DNA of 48,060 bases, from NCBI GenBank assembly GCA_002762735.1, contig PCVV01000009.1, positions 1 through 48,060 of the forward strand, given 5' to 3'. This DNA is from Candidatus Pacearchaeota archaeon CG11_big_fil_rev_8_21_14_0_20_30_13 (GTDB taxonomy: Archaea > Nanobdellota > Nanobdellia > Pacearchaeales > GW2011-AR1). Below, one piece after another: positions 1 through 9,280 of this stretch. Position 1 is the first letter of the stretch; each line of letters begins with the position of its first letter. The notes beneath the pieces are model-generated. The model saw nothing but the letters and a program-made list of their open reading frames with translations. It did not search any database and was not told the DNA's origin. The position numbers and the translations under genes were made by a program.

Positions 1-79
1 AATAATATAAATGCAAATGCAAAAAGAAGTAATTTCATCTTCATAGTAAAAGAATGTAATTTTTAAATTTTGTTGGAAT

Positions 80-607
80 TTATTCCATATATCTTTCTTT
101 GAAATCAACATACTCTATTCCGATCTTTCTTCCATCTTTTTTTTCTTGTGCAATCCAAATCTCCGAAAAAATTCCTTTCTCTAAATACCACACACATTTT
201 TCCTTCTCTATTTTGGAAAGAATTCCATTCACTTTTACTTCTACCCCTATTACACTATACAATCCGTCGTGGACATGCTTTATTGAAATAAAATCTGGAA
301 AACCTGTTCCAAGAGTCATAACTTTTGAAAAAGGATTGTATTTTCTTTTAGCAATGATTAAATTTCCCTCTTCTAAATCAATATTATTATTCCATTTGTC
401 AACAATTCTTCCTTTGCTTTCCAAATCATGCCTCACTCTTAATTCAAATCTTGCTCCTTTCGCCCTAGAAGTTCGACCTTTTTTAACTTCACTTTTCTTT
501 TTTGAGATGGGATACCCTTCCTTCCATTCTGTTTCATACTCTTCGCTATTTGCTTTTTCAACTTCTTTCATAAATTTTTCTTTAGCATTTTTGTCTATTC
601 TTTCCAT
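80..607 (-). CDS. Hjc-like PD-(D/E)xK nuclease (archaeal Holliday junction resolvase family) with Lys/Glu-rich N-terminal extension
   Basis: 175-aa ORF. GARFELRVRHDLESKG ... GFPDFISIK ... IGVEVKVNG gives the E / PD / ExK order typical of Hjc-type resolvases. Confidence 0.6.
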   Translation of the reverse strand: MERIDKNAKEKFMKEVEKANSEEYETEWKEGYPISKKKSEVKKGRTSRAKGARFELRVRHDLESKGRIVDKWNNNIDLEEGNLIIAKRKYNPFSKVMTLGTGFPDFISIKHVHDGLYSVIGVEVKVNGILSKIEKEKCVWYLEKGIFSEIWIAQEKKDGRKIGIEYVDFKERYME

Positions 608-759
608 GACTATGAAACAATTTAGAACTATTAAAAGATTGTTAGAAAATTATCTATCTGTATACTAGAACTTATATTTTACAAAGCATATTAATTAAAA
701 AGATATAATCTAAAGTATACTTTTCATTATATACTTTACAAATGATTTTGATTTGAAGG

Positions 760-948
760 TTATAAATCTCTTGCCTGTAAAGTTCTTCTTTTGTTTTCTT
801 TCGCTCTTTTGATTGCTCTTTCAAGCATTTCTTCAACCCTTATTTCCAGAGCAGTTCCGACTTCCTCGGCAACAGAAGTTACTTCTTCGTCACCTTTTTG
901 TAAGTCACTTACAACCTTCTTTATGTTCGATTTAACAATTAGTACCAT
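760..948 (-). CDS. small histone-fold-like protein (DUF1931-like)
   Basis: 62-aa ORF starting 1 nt after the stop of the upstream HD gene. The C-terminal EEMLERAIKRAKENKRRTLQARDL resembles the DUF1931/histone-fold helix as I recall it. Confidence 0.45.
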   Translation of the reverse strand: MVLIVKSNIKKVVSDLQKGDEEVTSVAEEVGTALEIRVEEMLERAIKRAKENKRRTLQARDL

Positions 949-949
949 T

Positions 950-1534
950 TTATTCTAAACCTATATCGTGCTTAATGTTTTTAATTCCTTCGATTGCAGC
1001 CTCGAATAATTCATCCAAAGTTAGTCCCGCTTCCTCTATTTCCAGTATTATGTCCCTTCTGCATCCTGCAGCAAAAGCCTTGTCTTTGAATTTTTTCTTT
1101 AGACCTTTTATCTCCATCCCTAAAATCTTTTTTCCCCTCATGAGCGCGTAAGCATAAATTAAACCTGTCAAGGTTTCACAAGCTGCAAGTATATGCTCAG
1201 CTTTTGTTGCTCTTTTTTTCTCGTTTAAACTTGGAATTTCTTCAAAACCATAACCATGGGATACAATTGTTTTAATGAATTCTTCGTCAAATCCTTTTTC
1301 TTTTAAAATTCCTGGAGCTTTCGATAAGTGGGTACTTAAATTGGTTTTTGTGATTGACCAATCGATATCATGTAAAAGACCAAGCATTCCATAAGACTCA
1401 ACATCTTCTCCAAGTTTTTTTGCAACTTCCTTCATCACCGCTTCAGACATCAAATAATGAATAAAATCAAAAGTCTCTGGATTTTGAGATTTTAGAAGTT
1501 CGATTGCTTCCGAACGGGTTATAGGAATTTTCAT
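950..1534 (-). CDS. HD-domain metal-dependent phosphohydrolase
   Basis: 194-aa ORF with GLLHDIDW (HD motif) and a downstream HGYGF histidine. Confidence 0.7.
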   Translation of the reverse strand: MKIPITRSEAIELLKSQNPETFDFIHYLMSEAVMKEVAKKLGEDVESYGMLGLLHDIDWSITKTNLSTHLSKAPGILKEKGFDEEFIKTIVSHGYGFEEIPSLNEKKRATKAEHILAACETLTGLIYAYALMRGKKILGMEIKGLKKKFKDKAFAAGCRRDIILEIEEAGLTLDELFEAAIEGIKNIKHDIGLE

Positions 1535-1615
1535 TAGGTAAACAAAACTTAGAAGTTTAAATTAATTTCTAAAAAAAGTACTCAAGTTTATATACTAAAC
1601 TTCTTTATATCTTTC

Positions 1616-1777
1616 ATGGCAGCAACACCTCCTGGCGCTCAGAAAATGAAAATAGATTATACCATTGATAGAAAAATCTATGACGAATTCATAAAAAACT
1701 GCAGCAGAAAAGGTTTCGCTCCTCAAGTGATTGTTGAAAAACTTATGAAGAAGTTTAGCGAAACTGGACAAGCTTAA
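1616..1777 (+). CDS. small ribbon-helix-helix-like protein (53 aa, below the ORF-track cutoff)
   Basis: Manual translation: MAATPPGAQKMKIDYTIDRKIYDEFIKNCSRKGFAPQVIVEKLMKKFSETGQA. It has a strand-helix-helix pattern, an ATG start and a TAA stop, and lies in the only sizeable gap between the HD gene and lysS. Confidence 0.35.
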   Translation: MAATPPGAQKMKIDYTIDRKIYDEFIKNCSRKGFAPQVIVEKLMKKFSETGQA

Positions 1778-1782
1778 AGATT

Positions 1783-3261
1783 TTATTCTTTCTCAGGTTT
1801 CATTAAAGGAAAAATTACACATTCCCTAATTGGTTTATTCATTAAGAAACTAAAAAGTCTTTCTGAAACTCCAAATCCACATGCAGGGGGCATTCCATAC
1901 TTAAGGGCTTCTATAAATCCTGTATCATGTTCCATTGCTTCGGAATCTCCTTTTTCTCCTAGCTTTTTTTGTTCAATTAATCGCTCTTCCTGATCTAAGG
2001 GATCATTCAATTCCGAATATCCATTTCCAACTTCACTTCCAGCTAAAATTACTTGAAACTGCTCAACTTTTCTTTTATCATCTTCTTTTCTCTTTGCCAA
2101 CGGTGTAAGCTCAACAGGTTGTCCAACTAAAAATCCTGGTCCAGAAAGCTGTTTTCTACAAAACTTCCAAAGCAAATCAACCATTCTCCATTTTTCGAGA
2201 TTAGAATCAAATTCTAAATTTAATTCTTTTAATTTTTTTGAAATTTCTGTCTTTCCTACTTTGTAAATGTCAATTCCAGTTTTTTCTTTTATCAAACTTT
2301 CAAAGTCATACTGAACCCATTTTTTAGAAAGATCAATTTTGTGCCCACCTCTTTCAAATTTCAATGTGCCTAGAACTTCTTTTGCAATAAGCTTGTACAT
2401 TTCTTCAACAAGTTTCATTCCGTCTTCATAATTTGCATAACCCCAATAAAATTCCATTTGTGAATAATCTTGCAAATGTTCAGCGTCCATTCCTTCGTTT
2501 CTAAATTGTCTTCCTATTTCAAAAGTTTTCTCGTATCCTGCCACGAGAAGTTTCTTTTGCCAAAGTTCTCCCATTGAAATTCTTAAATAAACATCTAAAT
2601 CAAGTGCATTGTGATGAGTTTTAAATGGTGTCGCTGCTGCTCCTCCAGCTGAACTTTCTAAAATCGGAGTTTCAATTTCCAAAAATTCTTTTTTAATTAA
2701 AAAATTTCTAATTGTGGACCAGAAAATTTGTTTTTTTATGAAAAGTTCTTTTACATTTTCGTCCATAATTATATCTAAATACCTTTTTCTTAAACGTTCA
2801 TCTTCATCTTTTAATCCTTTATGTTTATCTGGCAACGGAAGAACTGATTTTGTCAAAATGAAAAATTCTTTTACAAGAATAGAAACCTCTCCTGTTTTTG
2901 TTTTCATAGGATTTCCCTTTGCTCCGACAATATCTCCGGAATCTATTTTCTTGAAAAGTTCAATTGCCGTTTCAGGTGTTAATTTGTCTTGAAATACAAG
3001 TTGGATATTTCCCCCTAAATCTTGAAGTGTTACAAAAGAAATTTTACCAAAATCCCGTTTTGTCATAACCCTTCCTGCAACAACCTCTAAAGATTTTGAC
3101 TTCTCATCTTTATCGAGTTTAGAATATTTTTCTTTTATGTCTCTTGACAAATTTCTTTTTTCTTCTAAAGAGAATTTATGAGCATACGGATTAATTCCAG
3201 ATTTTCGTAATTCATCTATTTTTTTTATTCTTTCCTCAATTATTTGCTCTTCACGTCCCAT
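1783..3261 (-). CDS. lysS: lysyl-tRNA synthetase, class II
   Basis: 492-aa ORF. The class II core ELWQKKLLVAGYEKTFEIGRQFRNEGMDAEHLQDYSQMEFYWGYANY and the C-terminal GMPPACGFGVSERL are typical of LysS-type LysRS. Confidence 0.92.
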   Translation of the reverse strand: MGREEQIIEERIKKIDELRKSGINPYAHKFSLEEKRNLSRDIKEKYSKLDKDEKSKSLEVVAGRVMTKRDFGKISFVTLQDLGGNIQLVFQDKLTPETAIELFKKIDSGDIVGAKGNPMKTKTGEVSILVKEFFILTKSVLPLPDKHKGLKDEDERLRKRYLDIIMDENVKELFIKKQIFWSTIRNFLIKKEFLEIETPILESSAGGAAATPFKTHHNALDLDVYLRISMGELWQKKLLVAGYEKTFEIGRQFRNEGMDAEHLQDYSQMEFYWGYANYEDGMKLVEEMYKLIAKEVLGTLKFERGGHKIDLSKKWVQYDFESLIKEKTGIDIYKVGKTEISKKLKELNLEFDSNLEKWRMVDLLWKFCRKQLSGPGFLVGQPVELTPLAKRKEDDKRKVEQFQVILAGSEVGNGYSELNDPLDQEERLIEQKKLGEKGDSEAMEHDTGFIEALKYGMPPACGFGVSERLFSFLMNKPIRECVIFPLMKPEKE

Positions 3262-3283
3262 TAGAATATTTGGAAGAAATGGT

Positions 3284-3757
3284 TTATATTTTTATTGATT
3301 CGAATGGATCTGGATTATATTCAATGTTATAATTACCCTCACTTTTTCTATAGTGCACATCAAATGCCCTTTCACCAAAGCCTTCTTTGATCAAGGGGAT
3401 ATTCAATTCATACCGGTAATAAATAGAATCAGATAATTTTTTATCTCCAAAAATTTGTTTATCTTTTTTATAATTAATTTTTTCAAGATCTTTTTTTAGA
3501 CCTTGGATAATCTTTTCAAGTTTATTTTCAGAAATAACTTCTGGAGGAAAATAAACTGTTACCGCTTTCCCTTCTTGCTTTTGCTTGTGAGTAACTTCAA
3601 AAAAAGTTTGCAAGGCAATTTTACAACTGAGATTATTTTGAAGGATCAAATCTTTGATTGAAGAATAAACTAATCTTGAATCTTTTTCATTCTCTCCGTA
3701 AATATGAATTTTCCATCCAGAAAGAGGATATTTAATATTTTTTATTTCAAACTTCAT
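3284..3757 (-). CDS. hypothetical protein with GWKIHIY ... GKAVTVYFP motifs
   Basis: 157-aa ORF in a dense co-directional gene string. I cannot assign a family with confidence. Confidence 0.6.
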   Translation of the reverse strand: MKFEIKNIKYPLSGWKIHIYGENEKDSRLVYSSIKDLILQNNLSCKIALQTFFEVTHKQKQEGKAVTVYFPPEVISENKLEKIIQGLKKDLEKINYKKDKQIFGDKKLSDSIYYRYELNIPLIKEGFGERAFDVHYRKSEGNYNIEYNPDPFESIKI

Positions 3758-3781
3758 CGGAAAGAAAATGCCAATTCTTTT

Positions 3782-4228
3782 TTAAAGATTGTTGCAAGAA
3801 AGTGGGTGTTTCTCTTTCTTCTTTCCAAACGTTTCATCTAACTTTTGGTTTAGAAGATAATCTGCATGCTTTTGATGAGGATCATCTCGTCTGACATGTT
3901 TGTAAGTGATTTTATCAAATCTATTTTGAATTTGTTGAACTTCCAAAAAAAGTTTCATAAGTGCAGGATTTTTTACACTGTATTCCCCAAGAAGTTGCTT
4001 TACGACAAGCTCAGAATCTAAGATGCATGTGATTTCTCCTTGAGTATATTTTGAAGCAACTTCAAGTGCTTTGATGAGGGCCATATATTCTACAAAATTA
4101 TTTGTAGTTGGTTTTTTGAGAACTTCAGAAAATTCTTCTAAAACTTTTTCCCCATCTCTTACAATTAAACCTATTGCTGCTGGACCTGGATTTCCCCTTG
4201 CACCCCCATCTGAATTTGTGTATATCAT
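3782..4228 (-). CDS. rnhA: ribonuclease HI (type 1 RNase H)
   Basis: 148-aa ORF. SDGGARGNPGPAAIGLIV, NNFVEYMALIKALE and DSELVVKQL match the RNase HI acidic-residue pattern. Confidence 0.8.
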   Translation of the reverse strand: MIYTNSDGGARGNPGPAAIGLIVRDGEKVLEEFSEVLKKPTTNNFVEYMALIKALEVASKYTQGEITCILDSELVVKQLLGEYSVKNPALMKLFLEVQQIQNRFDKITYKHVRRDDPHQKHADYLLNQKLDETFGKKKEKHPLSCNNL

Positions 4229-4238
4229 CTCCTTCTTC

Positions 4239-4514
4239 CTAAATGTGTAAAACTTTAAATGATTTTAAATCTTGAAAACGTTCAGATTTTTCTTCTACTT
4301 TTTTTATTTCTGAATGCTTCGGACCTTTTTTACAAAGCTCCACCATTTTCACAACATCCTCAAAATTTCCTTCAATAAAAACTTCAACTCTTCCATCTTC
4401 AAGATTCCTTACAAACCCCTTTATGTTTAACTTTTCAGCATTTTCTTTTATAAAACTTCTGAAGAAAATTCCCTGAACTAATCCAGAAATATAAAGACGA
4501 ATAGACTTTTTCAT
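4239..4514 (-). CDS. acyP: acylphosphatase
   Basis: 91-aa ORF. VQGIFFRSFIKENAEKLNIKGFVRNLEDGRVEV is the acylphosphatase signature. Confidence 0.85.
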   Translation of the reverse strand: MKKSIRLYISGLVQGIFFRSFIKENAEKLNIKGFVRNLEDGRVEVFIEGNFEDVVKMVELCKKGPKHSEIKKVEEKSERFQDLKSFKVLHI

Positions 4515-4590
4515 ATAATTATAACCAAATGATGGTTTTTATTTCTTATTGTGTATTTTTTGGAACTAGAAATCGGTTTATTTAGAATCA

Positions 4591-5259
4591 TTAAAAAAAG
4601 CTTTCTAAATTGCATTTTTTGAGATTTAAAAAAAGATCATGATAAAACAATTCTCCAGTATCGGAGTACACCTCAAAATCTGCATAAGGATTTCCTGGTA
4701 TCTTAGAGATATCACTGATTAGTCTAGAAATTAAATTTTGTCTAATCTCTAAATTTTTTCGATTGATTTGACCCTCTGAACGGAAGACCCGCCCTCCAAT
4801 GATTGGGCATTGATAGACAAAGTCTGGATTAAAGTTAGAATTTGCTTTTCTCAAGGATTTAATCATTTCAATTATTATCCTTCCAGAAGATTCCTCATTG
4901 ATATCCAAACTAATTCTTCTAGAAAGAGAAATTTCTTGAGGGACATACGTTTGATGAGTTAAAAAAATCATATTTTGCTTTTCAACCCCTTCCTTAGACA
5001 ATTTTTCGATCAAATTTTCTAAAACTAAAAAATATTCTTTTTTTTTAATTTTATATTCTCTTACATTTTTTTCAAAAATAAGATTTTGATTAATCTTCTC
5101 TGAATAATCAAATGCAATAATTGTTGCTCCTCTTTGCGCTCCAAGATATAATTCTTCTAGGTCAATCTTTGAGAGATCCCTTGAAATTATTTCTTTCCTT
5201 GGAACAGGTAGCTTTAATCTTCTAAGAAATTCTATCCCTCGAATGTTCATAAAATTCAA
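4591..5259 (-). CDS. hypothetical protein
   Basis: 222-aa ORF with coding-like composition in the co-directional string. No motif recognised. Confidence 0.6.
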   Translation of the reverse strand: MNFMNIRGIEFLRRLKLPVPRKEIISRDLSKIDLEELYLGAQRGATIIAFDYSEKINQNLIFEKNVREYKIKKKEYFLVLENLIEKLSKEGVEKQNMIFLTHQTYVPQEISLSRRISLDINEESSGRIIIEMIKSLRKANSNFNPDFVYQCPIIGGRVFRSEGQINRKNLEIRQNLISRLISDISKIPGNPYADFEVYSDTGELFYHDLFLNLKKCNLESFF

Positions 5260-5286
5260 TCAACTTTGGATTTAATAATTTATCCT

Positions 5287-5871
5287 TTAAATTCCTCTCA
5301 CGTCCAATTCATTATTTACTACTGCCACTGTTTGGGAAGCAAAATACATCTTTGGACCAATTGAAATTGGACTCAGAGATTTTTTTAATCTTTTAATTTC
5401 TTTTTTTGGAAGCCCATCATGATCTCCTAATATGAAGCAACACTCATTTGAAATTTTTATATCCCTTATAAAGTCCCCACCCTTTTCTAAAATGAAACAT
5501 TCTATATCTTTTTCAAGAAGTTCTTCCACAATTTTTAAAAAACTCTTTTTCTCAACGAAACAACCTGGAAAAACTTCTGTTTTTTTCTCTCCTCCCGATT
5601 TATATAAAATTTTTTTGATTAAAGTCCCGACATCTTTTTTTGAAATTTCAAGATCATCTGTTACAGTTATTTCTATGTGTTTCGGAGGATCTGGCATCCC
5701 ATAAAATACAAAATGAAAGGTCACATCTTTTCTAAATCCATGGGATAAAAAAACTCCTTGAATAAAAGAATGAATCGCAATATCCATTCTTCCAGCTTTC
5801 ATAAGATTTCCATCACTTAAAGCTTTTCCTGAAGTTGCGGCTGAACTTGAAAAATAAATAAAATGTCTCAT
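5287..5871 (-). CDS. trmY: tRNA (pseudouridine54-N1)-methyltransferase TrmY-like (SPOUT, DUF358)
   Basis: 194-aa ORF. AGRMDIAIHSFIQGVFLSHGFRKDVTFHFVFYG and the C-terminal GPKMYFASQTV resemble the TrmY family. Confidence 0.7.
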   Translation of the reverse strand: MRHFIYFSSSAATSGKALSDGNLMKAGRMDIAIHSFIQGVFLSHGFRKDVTFHFVFYGMPDPPKHIEITVTDDLEISKKDVGTLIKKILYKSGGEKKTEVFPGCFVEKKSFLKIVEELLEKDIECFILEKGGDFIRDIKISNECCFILGDHDGLPKKEIKRLKKSLSPISIGPKMYFASQTVAVVNNELDVRGI

Positions 5872-5901
5872 AAAAAGAAATAGAATTTGAAATTAATAAG
5901 C

Positions 5902-6372
5902 TTACCTAGTCTTTATTTTTCCTTGATGTTGATTTGAGTTTCCCTTTTGAACACCACGATTTTTATTATTTCGATTACCATCATCATTTCTAATTCTTGT
6001 TCTTTCATTGTTCATTTTTTCTTTTGGAACAACGGGCACTGTATTAAAATGAGGTTTTGGATGATGGAAATTTTCCCAGGGTGGAGAAAACTTATGATAA
6101 GGACGTAATGGAAAATAATAAAAATTAAACCAGATGCCATTCGACTTGGGGTGATAATTATAAATATAAGGATTTGGATCGTAAATGTTTGGAATTCCAT
6201 CCCGATCTAAATCTCCATAAGCTGGAATTTTTTCTTTCATTGAAGGTGGCACTCTTGAAGAAGTTTCAATATGGGTATAACAACTAGGCAAAAGAGATAA
6301 ACAAAAAATTGGGAATAAAACCTTTAACTTGAAGGGGTTCACCATCTTAAATAATTTTCCCTCTTTAGGCAT
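5902..6372 (-). CDS. secreted or lipoprotein-like protein with a calcium-binding-type DxDxDG repeat
   Basis: 156-aa ORF. Hydrophobic N-terminus ending LLPSC (lipobox-like), a DLDRDGIPNIYDPNP motif and a basic Asn/Arg-rich tail. The true start may be the internal Met at 6345. Confidence 0.55.
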   Translation of the reverse strand: MPKEGKLFKMVNPFKLKVLFPIFCLSLLPSCYTHIETSSRVPPSMKEKIPAYGDLDRDGIPNIYDPNPYIYNYHPKSNGIWFNFYYFPLRPYHKFSPPWENFHHPKPHFNTVPVVPKEKMNNERTRIRNDDGNRNNKNRGVQKGNSNQHQGKIKTR

Positions 6373-6458
6373 AATTTGAAATGGAATTTAAGGTATATAT
6401 ATTTTTCTCAATTACCCAGAATCATTTAATTTTTAAAGATCTCTTTAATATTCTTTTT

Positions 6459-8360
6459 ATGATAAATAAATTTTTCATTTTATTTTTATTTATGACCCTC
6501 AATCTTTCATTTGTTTACGCGCAAACTGCTTCACTTTTAACTAACGAAGATGCAATTTTTCAAATCGATGACGATACAGGCTTATTAATTGGGATAATCG
6601 ATAAAACTACTGGAATAAATTATTTAGATAAACCGTCAGGATTTGCATATTATACAAATAAGATTTGGCATGAAGACTATAACAAACCCTCTACATCAAA
6701 AGCAGATTTAGTCGCAAAAACCGCTACAGAGATTATTTTTTTAAAAGAGGAGGGAGATTTCTCTATAAAGTATATTTATCAAATTACAGATACAAATTTG
6801 CATTGGACTACAGAAATTTTATATACTGGAAATTCCGTTGTTAATGATTTTGAAACAAGAGTTTTTTTCGGATTAAATGAATCTATAGTAAGCGATTATG
6901 ACGTTTCTCCATTAATAAAAATTATTGGAGAGTATGATAAAATTGAAGTGTCCTCTAAGAAATATGCTGAAATCGAAAATGAGGGTGTTGTACTAAATCA
7001 ATTTTTAGGAGGACCGGATTATATTTATATTAATAACACTAATTCAGGAATACTTATACTTAATAATTATCCTATGGCGGGAAATGTCGGTTTTTCAATA
7101 TACAAAGAAGCCGATGTTCCTCTTTCCTATTTTTCAAGTATATTATATTTTGATAGTAAAAATAATAAACAAACTATAAAACTTACAATCTCTTTAGATA
7201 AAGAATTGAGTGTAGCAAAGAAAAAAGCATTTGAGTATGTTTCTTCATCTCCTTTAGCAATAGATGGTAAATGGTATATCACATTTCCAAGAAATATTAC
7301 GGATGAAGAGATTGCAACATTAAAATTAAATAATTATAAGTTTATTCAAATACATGGTTGGGCGCCAAATTATGGAGTTTATTCTTCATCGGGAAATTGG
7401 ACTGATTATTATGGGAATCCGTTAGATGTTGAAAAACTAAATAATTTAATTAGAAGATTTCAAGATAATGGAATGAGTGTTTTTTTGTATTTTAATGCTG
7501 CAGAAATGCAACATGATCAAGCACTTAAATCATATAAAGGTTATATTATGATTGATGAACAGGGAAATTATTCGAAAGGATACTGGACAGAAGGAATTCC
7601 TTATGACCAACTTTATGTCATGAGTTTACGGGAAGGTGCATGGAAAGAACATATCCTTCAAGATTTATCTGGAGTTTTAGATACGTATGAAGCGAACGGA
7701 ATTTTTTTAGATAGAAATGACTATCAAAATTTTCCGGATTATAATCCTGATTCGCCAAAATATTATTTTAATAAAAAAATAAATAAACCATACGGCGATC
7801 AAAACTATAATGCATTCTTAAAAGGCGCAATAGACTTAATCCATTCTAAAAATAAATATGTTATTTTAAATTTGCCTTTATCTATGAATTACATTCCTGA
7901 AGCTGATGGAATTTCTAGCGATTTTTTTTATCTTGAAATCGTAAAATACTTACACTCTTCATCTTTAGGAAAAACGCTTTATATTTTGCCGATAAACACC
8001 GTTACATTTCAAGTAGATTATACTGTACATAAATTAGAACTTGCCAATTTTTTAAAAAAACCCCATGTGTACGCAGGATCTCTTGCGCCATTTATCGTAG
8101 ATGAAGAATTAAATTATCGTGAAATTCAATTAAACAATCAAGAAAAATTACCGAGTAATACTTCTAATGATTTATTCGTAAACGAAACAATCTATTCCAC
8201 TGAAGAGAATCATACTTTTAATCAAAAATTGGATTTAAATAATGAACCTTCTAAAATGAAAAAAATTAGGAATGATCTTCTTATTGCAACTATTATCGGA
8301 GGAATTTTGATTCTTTCTTTGATCATTAAGATTTTTCTTTCTCGAAAAGAGGTTGCATGA
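6459..8360 (+). CDS. large secreted protein with C-terminal TM anchor, possibly a glycoside-hydrolase-like TIM barrel
   Basis: ORF track gives 6381..8360. The Met at 6459 starts a classic signal peptide, MINKFFILFLFMTLNLSFVYAQ. The C-terminus LLIATIIGGILILSLIIKIFL is a TM anchor. The central strand/helix alternation (FIQIHGW, SVFLYFN, GIFLDRNDY) only suggests a GH-like barrel. Confidence 0.6.
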   Translation: MINKFFILFLFMTLNLSFVYAQTASLLTNEDAIFQIDDDTGLLIGIIDKTTGINYLDKPSGFAYYTNKIWHEDYNKPSTSKADLVAKTATEIIFLKEEGDFSIKYIYQITDTNLHWTTEILYTGNSVVNDFETRVFFGLNESIVSDYDVSPLIKIIGEYDKIEVSSKKYAEIENEGVVLNQFLGGPDYIYINNTNSGILILNNYPMAGNVGFSIYKEADVPLSYFSSILYFDSKNNKQTIKLTISLDKELSVAKKKAFEYVSSSPLAIDGKWYITFPRNITDEEIATLKLNNYKFIQIHGWAPNYGVYSSSGNWTDYYGNPLDVEKLNNLIRRFQDNGMSVFLYFNAAEMQHDQALKSYKGYIMIDEQGNYSKGYWTEGIPYDQLYVMSLREGAWKEHILQDLSGVLDTYEANGIFLDRNDYQNFPDYNPDSPKYYFNKKINKPYGDQNYNAFLKGAIDLIHSKNKYVILNLPLSMNYIPEADGISSDFFYLEIVKYLHSSSLGKTLYILPINTVTFQVDYTVHKLELANFLKKPHVYAGSLAPFIVDEELNYREIQLNNQEKLPSNTSNDLFVNETIYSTEENHTFNQKLDLNNEPSKMKKIRNDLLIATIIGGILILSLIIKIFLSRKEVA

Positions 8361-9228
8361 CAAATTCACCTTTAGCAAAAACTTCGACATCATCCACAAC
8401 TTTGTAAATTCCAATAAACTCTTCCTTTGAAAAAATTGAGATAACTTTTCCTTTTTCAAAATTTTGTTTTTTAAGGAGATCTTCATAATGAATTGGCTTA
8501 CCAGTGTAAATTCTTTTGAGATTTGACTCCCCAATAAAAACTGGTTCAATAAGTTCAAAAATTATCTCCCCGGGGATTAGGATTTCTCTTAAAAGAGTTT
8601 CATTTCCTCCTTGGTACTCTTGAACTGCTTTTTCAAAATCATACAAGTTTACAGAAGGATAATTCTTATCCTCTTCGGAGAAAATTCCTGCTTCTGTTCT
8701 TCTTAATTCCAGCATATGCGCACCAATCCCCAATTCTTTTCCAAGATCATCAATTAATTTTCTTATGTATGTTCCTCCTTGCACTCTTGCAGAGAATAAT
8801 ACATCTTTTCCATCGCTTTCTAAAAGTTTAAAGGAATGGATTTCTCTTTCTCTCTCTGCCCTTTTTACTCTTGATCTTACTGGAGGCATTTGAATGATTA
8901 TTCCAGAAAATTTCTCTTTTATCACACTTCCAATTTTTTTTAAAGAAACTTCCTCATGAAATCTTGCAATTCCAAGATAATTTTTATTCTCTCCAAGAAA
9001 ATACCCTGTCAATTTGCAAGCTCGATTTAATGCAATGGGCAAAACACCAGTTACTTTGGGGTCAAGAGTTCCAAAGTGGGAAGTTTTTCTTAAACCAAGA
9101 CTTTTTCTAACAAAATCCGAAACATTAAAACTTGTCGGACCGGCTGGTTTATCGATATTAATTATAGAAAATTCTAATAATTCTTTTATTGATTTCGAAT
9201 TTTTTATTTTTTCTATTGAAAGCTTCAT
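8326..9228 (-). CDS. cbf5: tRNA/rRNA pseudouridine synthase Cbf5/TruB with PUA domain
   Basis: 300-aa ORF. IDKPAGPTSFNVSDFVRK ... SHFGTLDPKVTGVLPI is the TruB catalytic Asp motif. The 3' end overlaps the convergent gene by 35 nt. Confidence 0.85.
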   Translation of the reverse strand: MKLSIEKIKNSKSIKELLEFSIINIDKPAGPTSFNVSDFVRKSLGLRKTSHFGTLDPKVTGVLPIALNRACKLTGYFLGENKNYLGIARFHEEVSLKKIGSVIKEKFSGIIIQMPPVRSRVKRAEREREIHSFKLLESDGKDVLFSARVQGGTYIRKLIDDLGKELGIGAHMLELRRTEAGIFSEEDKNYPSVNLYDFEKAVQEYQGGNETLLREILIPGEIIFELIEPVFIGESNLKRIYTGKPIHYEDLLKKQNFEKGKVISIFSKEEFIGIYKVVDDVEVFAKGEFVMQPLFEKEKS

Positions 9229-9280
9229 GGGAAAGAGATATAAAACAAACTTTTAAATTGTTCTGAACATTGAGATTAAA

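Noticed and set aside
99-668. 189-aa plus-strand ORF overlapping the Hjc-like gene
   Set aside because: Antisense shadow of the 80..607 gene, with low-complexity Ser/Phe/Leu-rich translation and no motifs. The same applies to 2714..2992, 5432..5704, 6012..6200, 8235..8558, 9014..9256, 9853..10035, 10392..10583, 11077..11271, 12158..12364, 19319..19564, 19878..20153, 22177..22434, 23473..23664, 24478..24666, 30248..30528, 33314..33529, 34875..35120 and 35420..35620.
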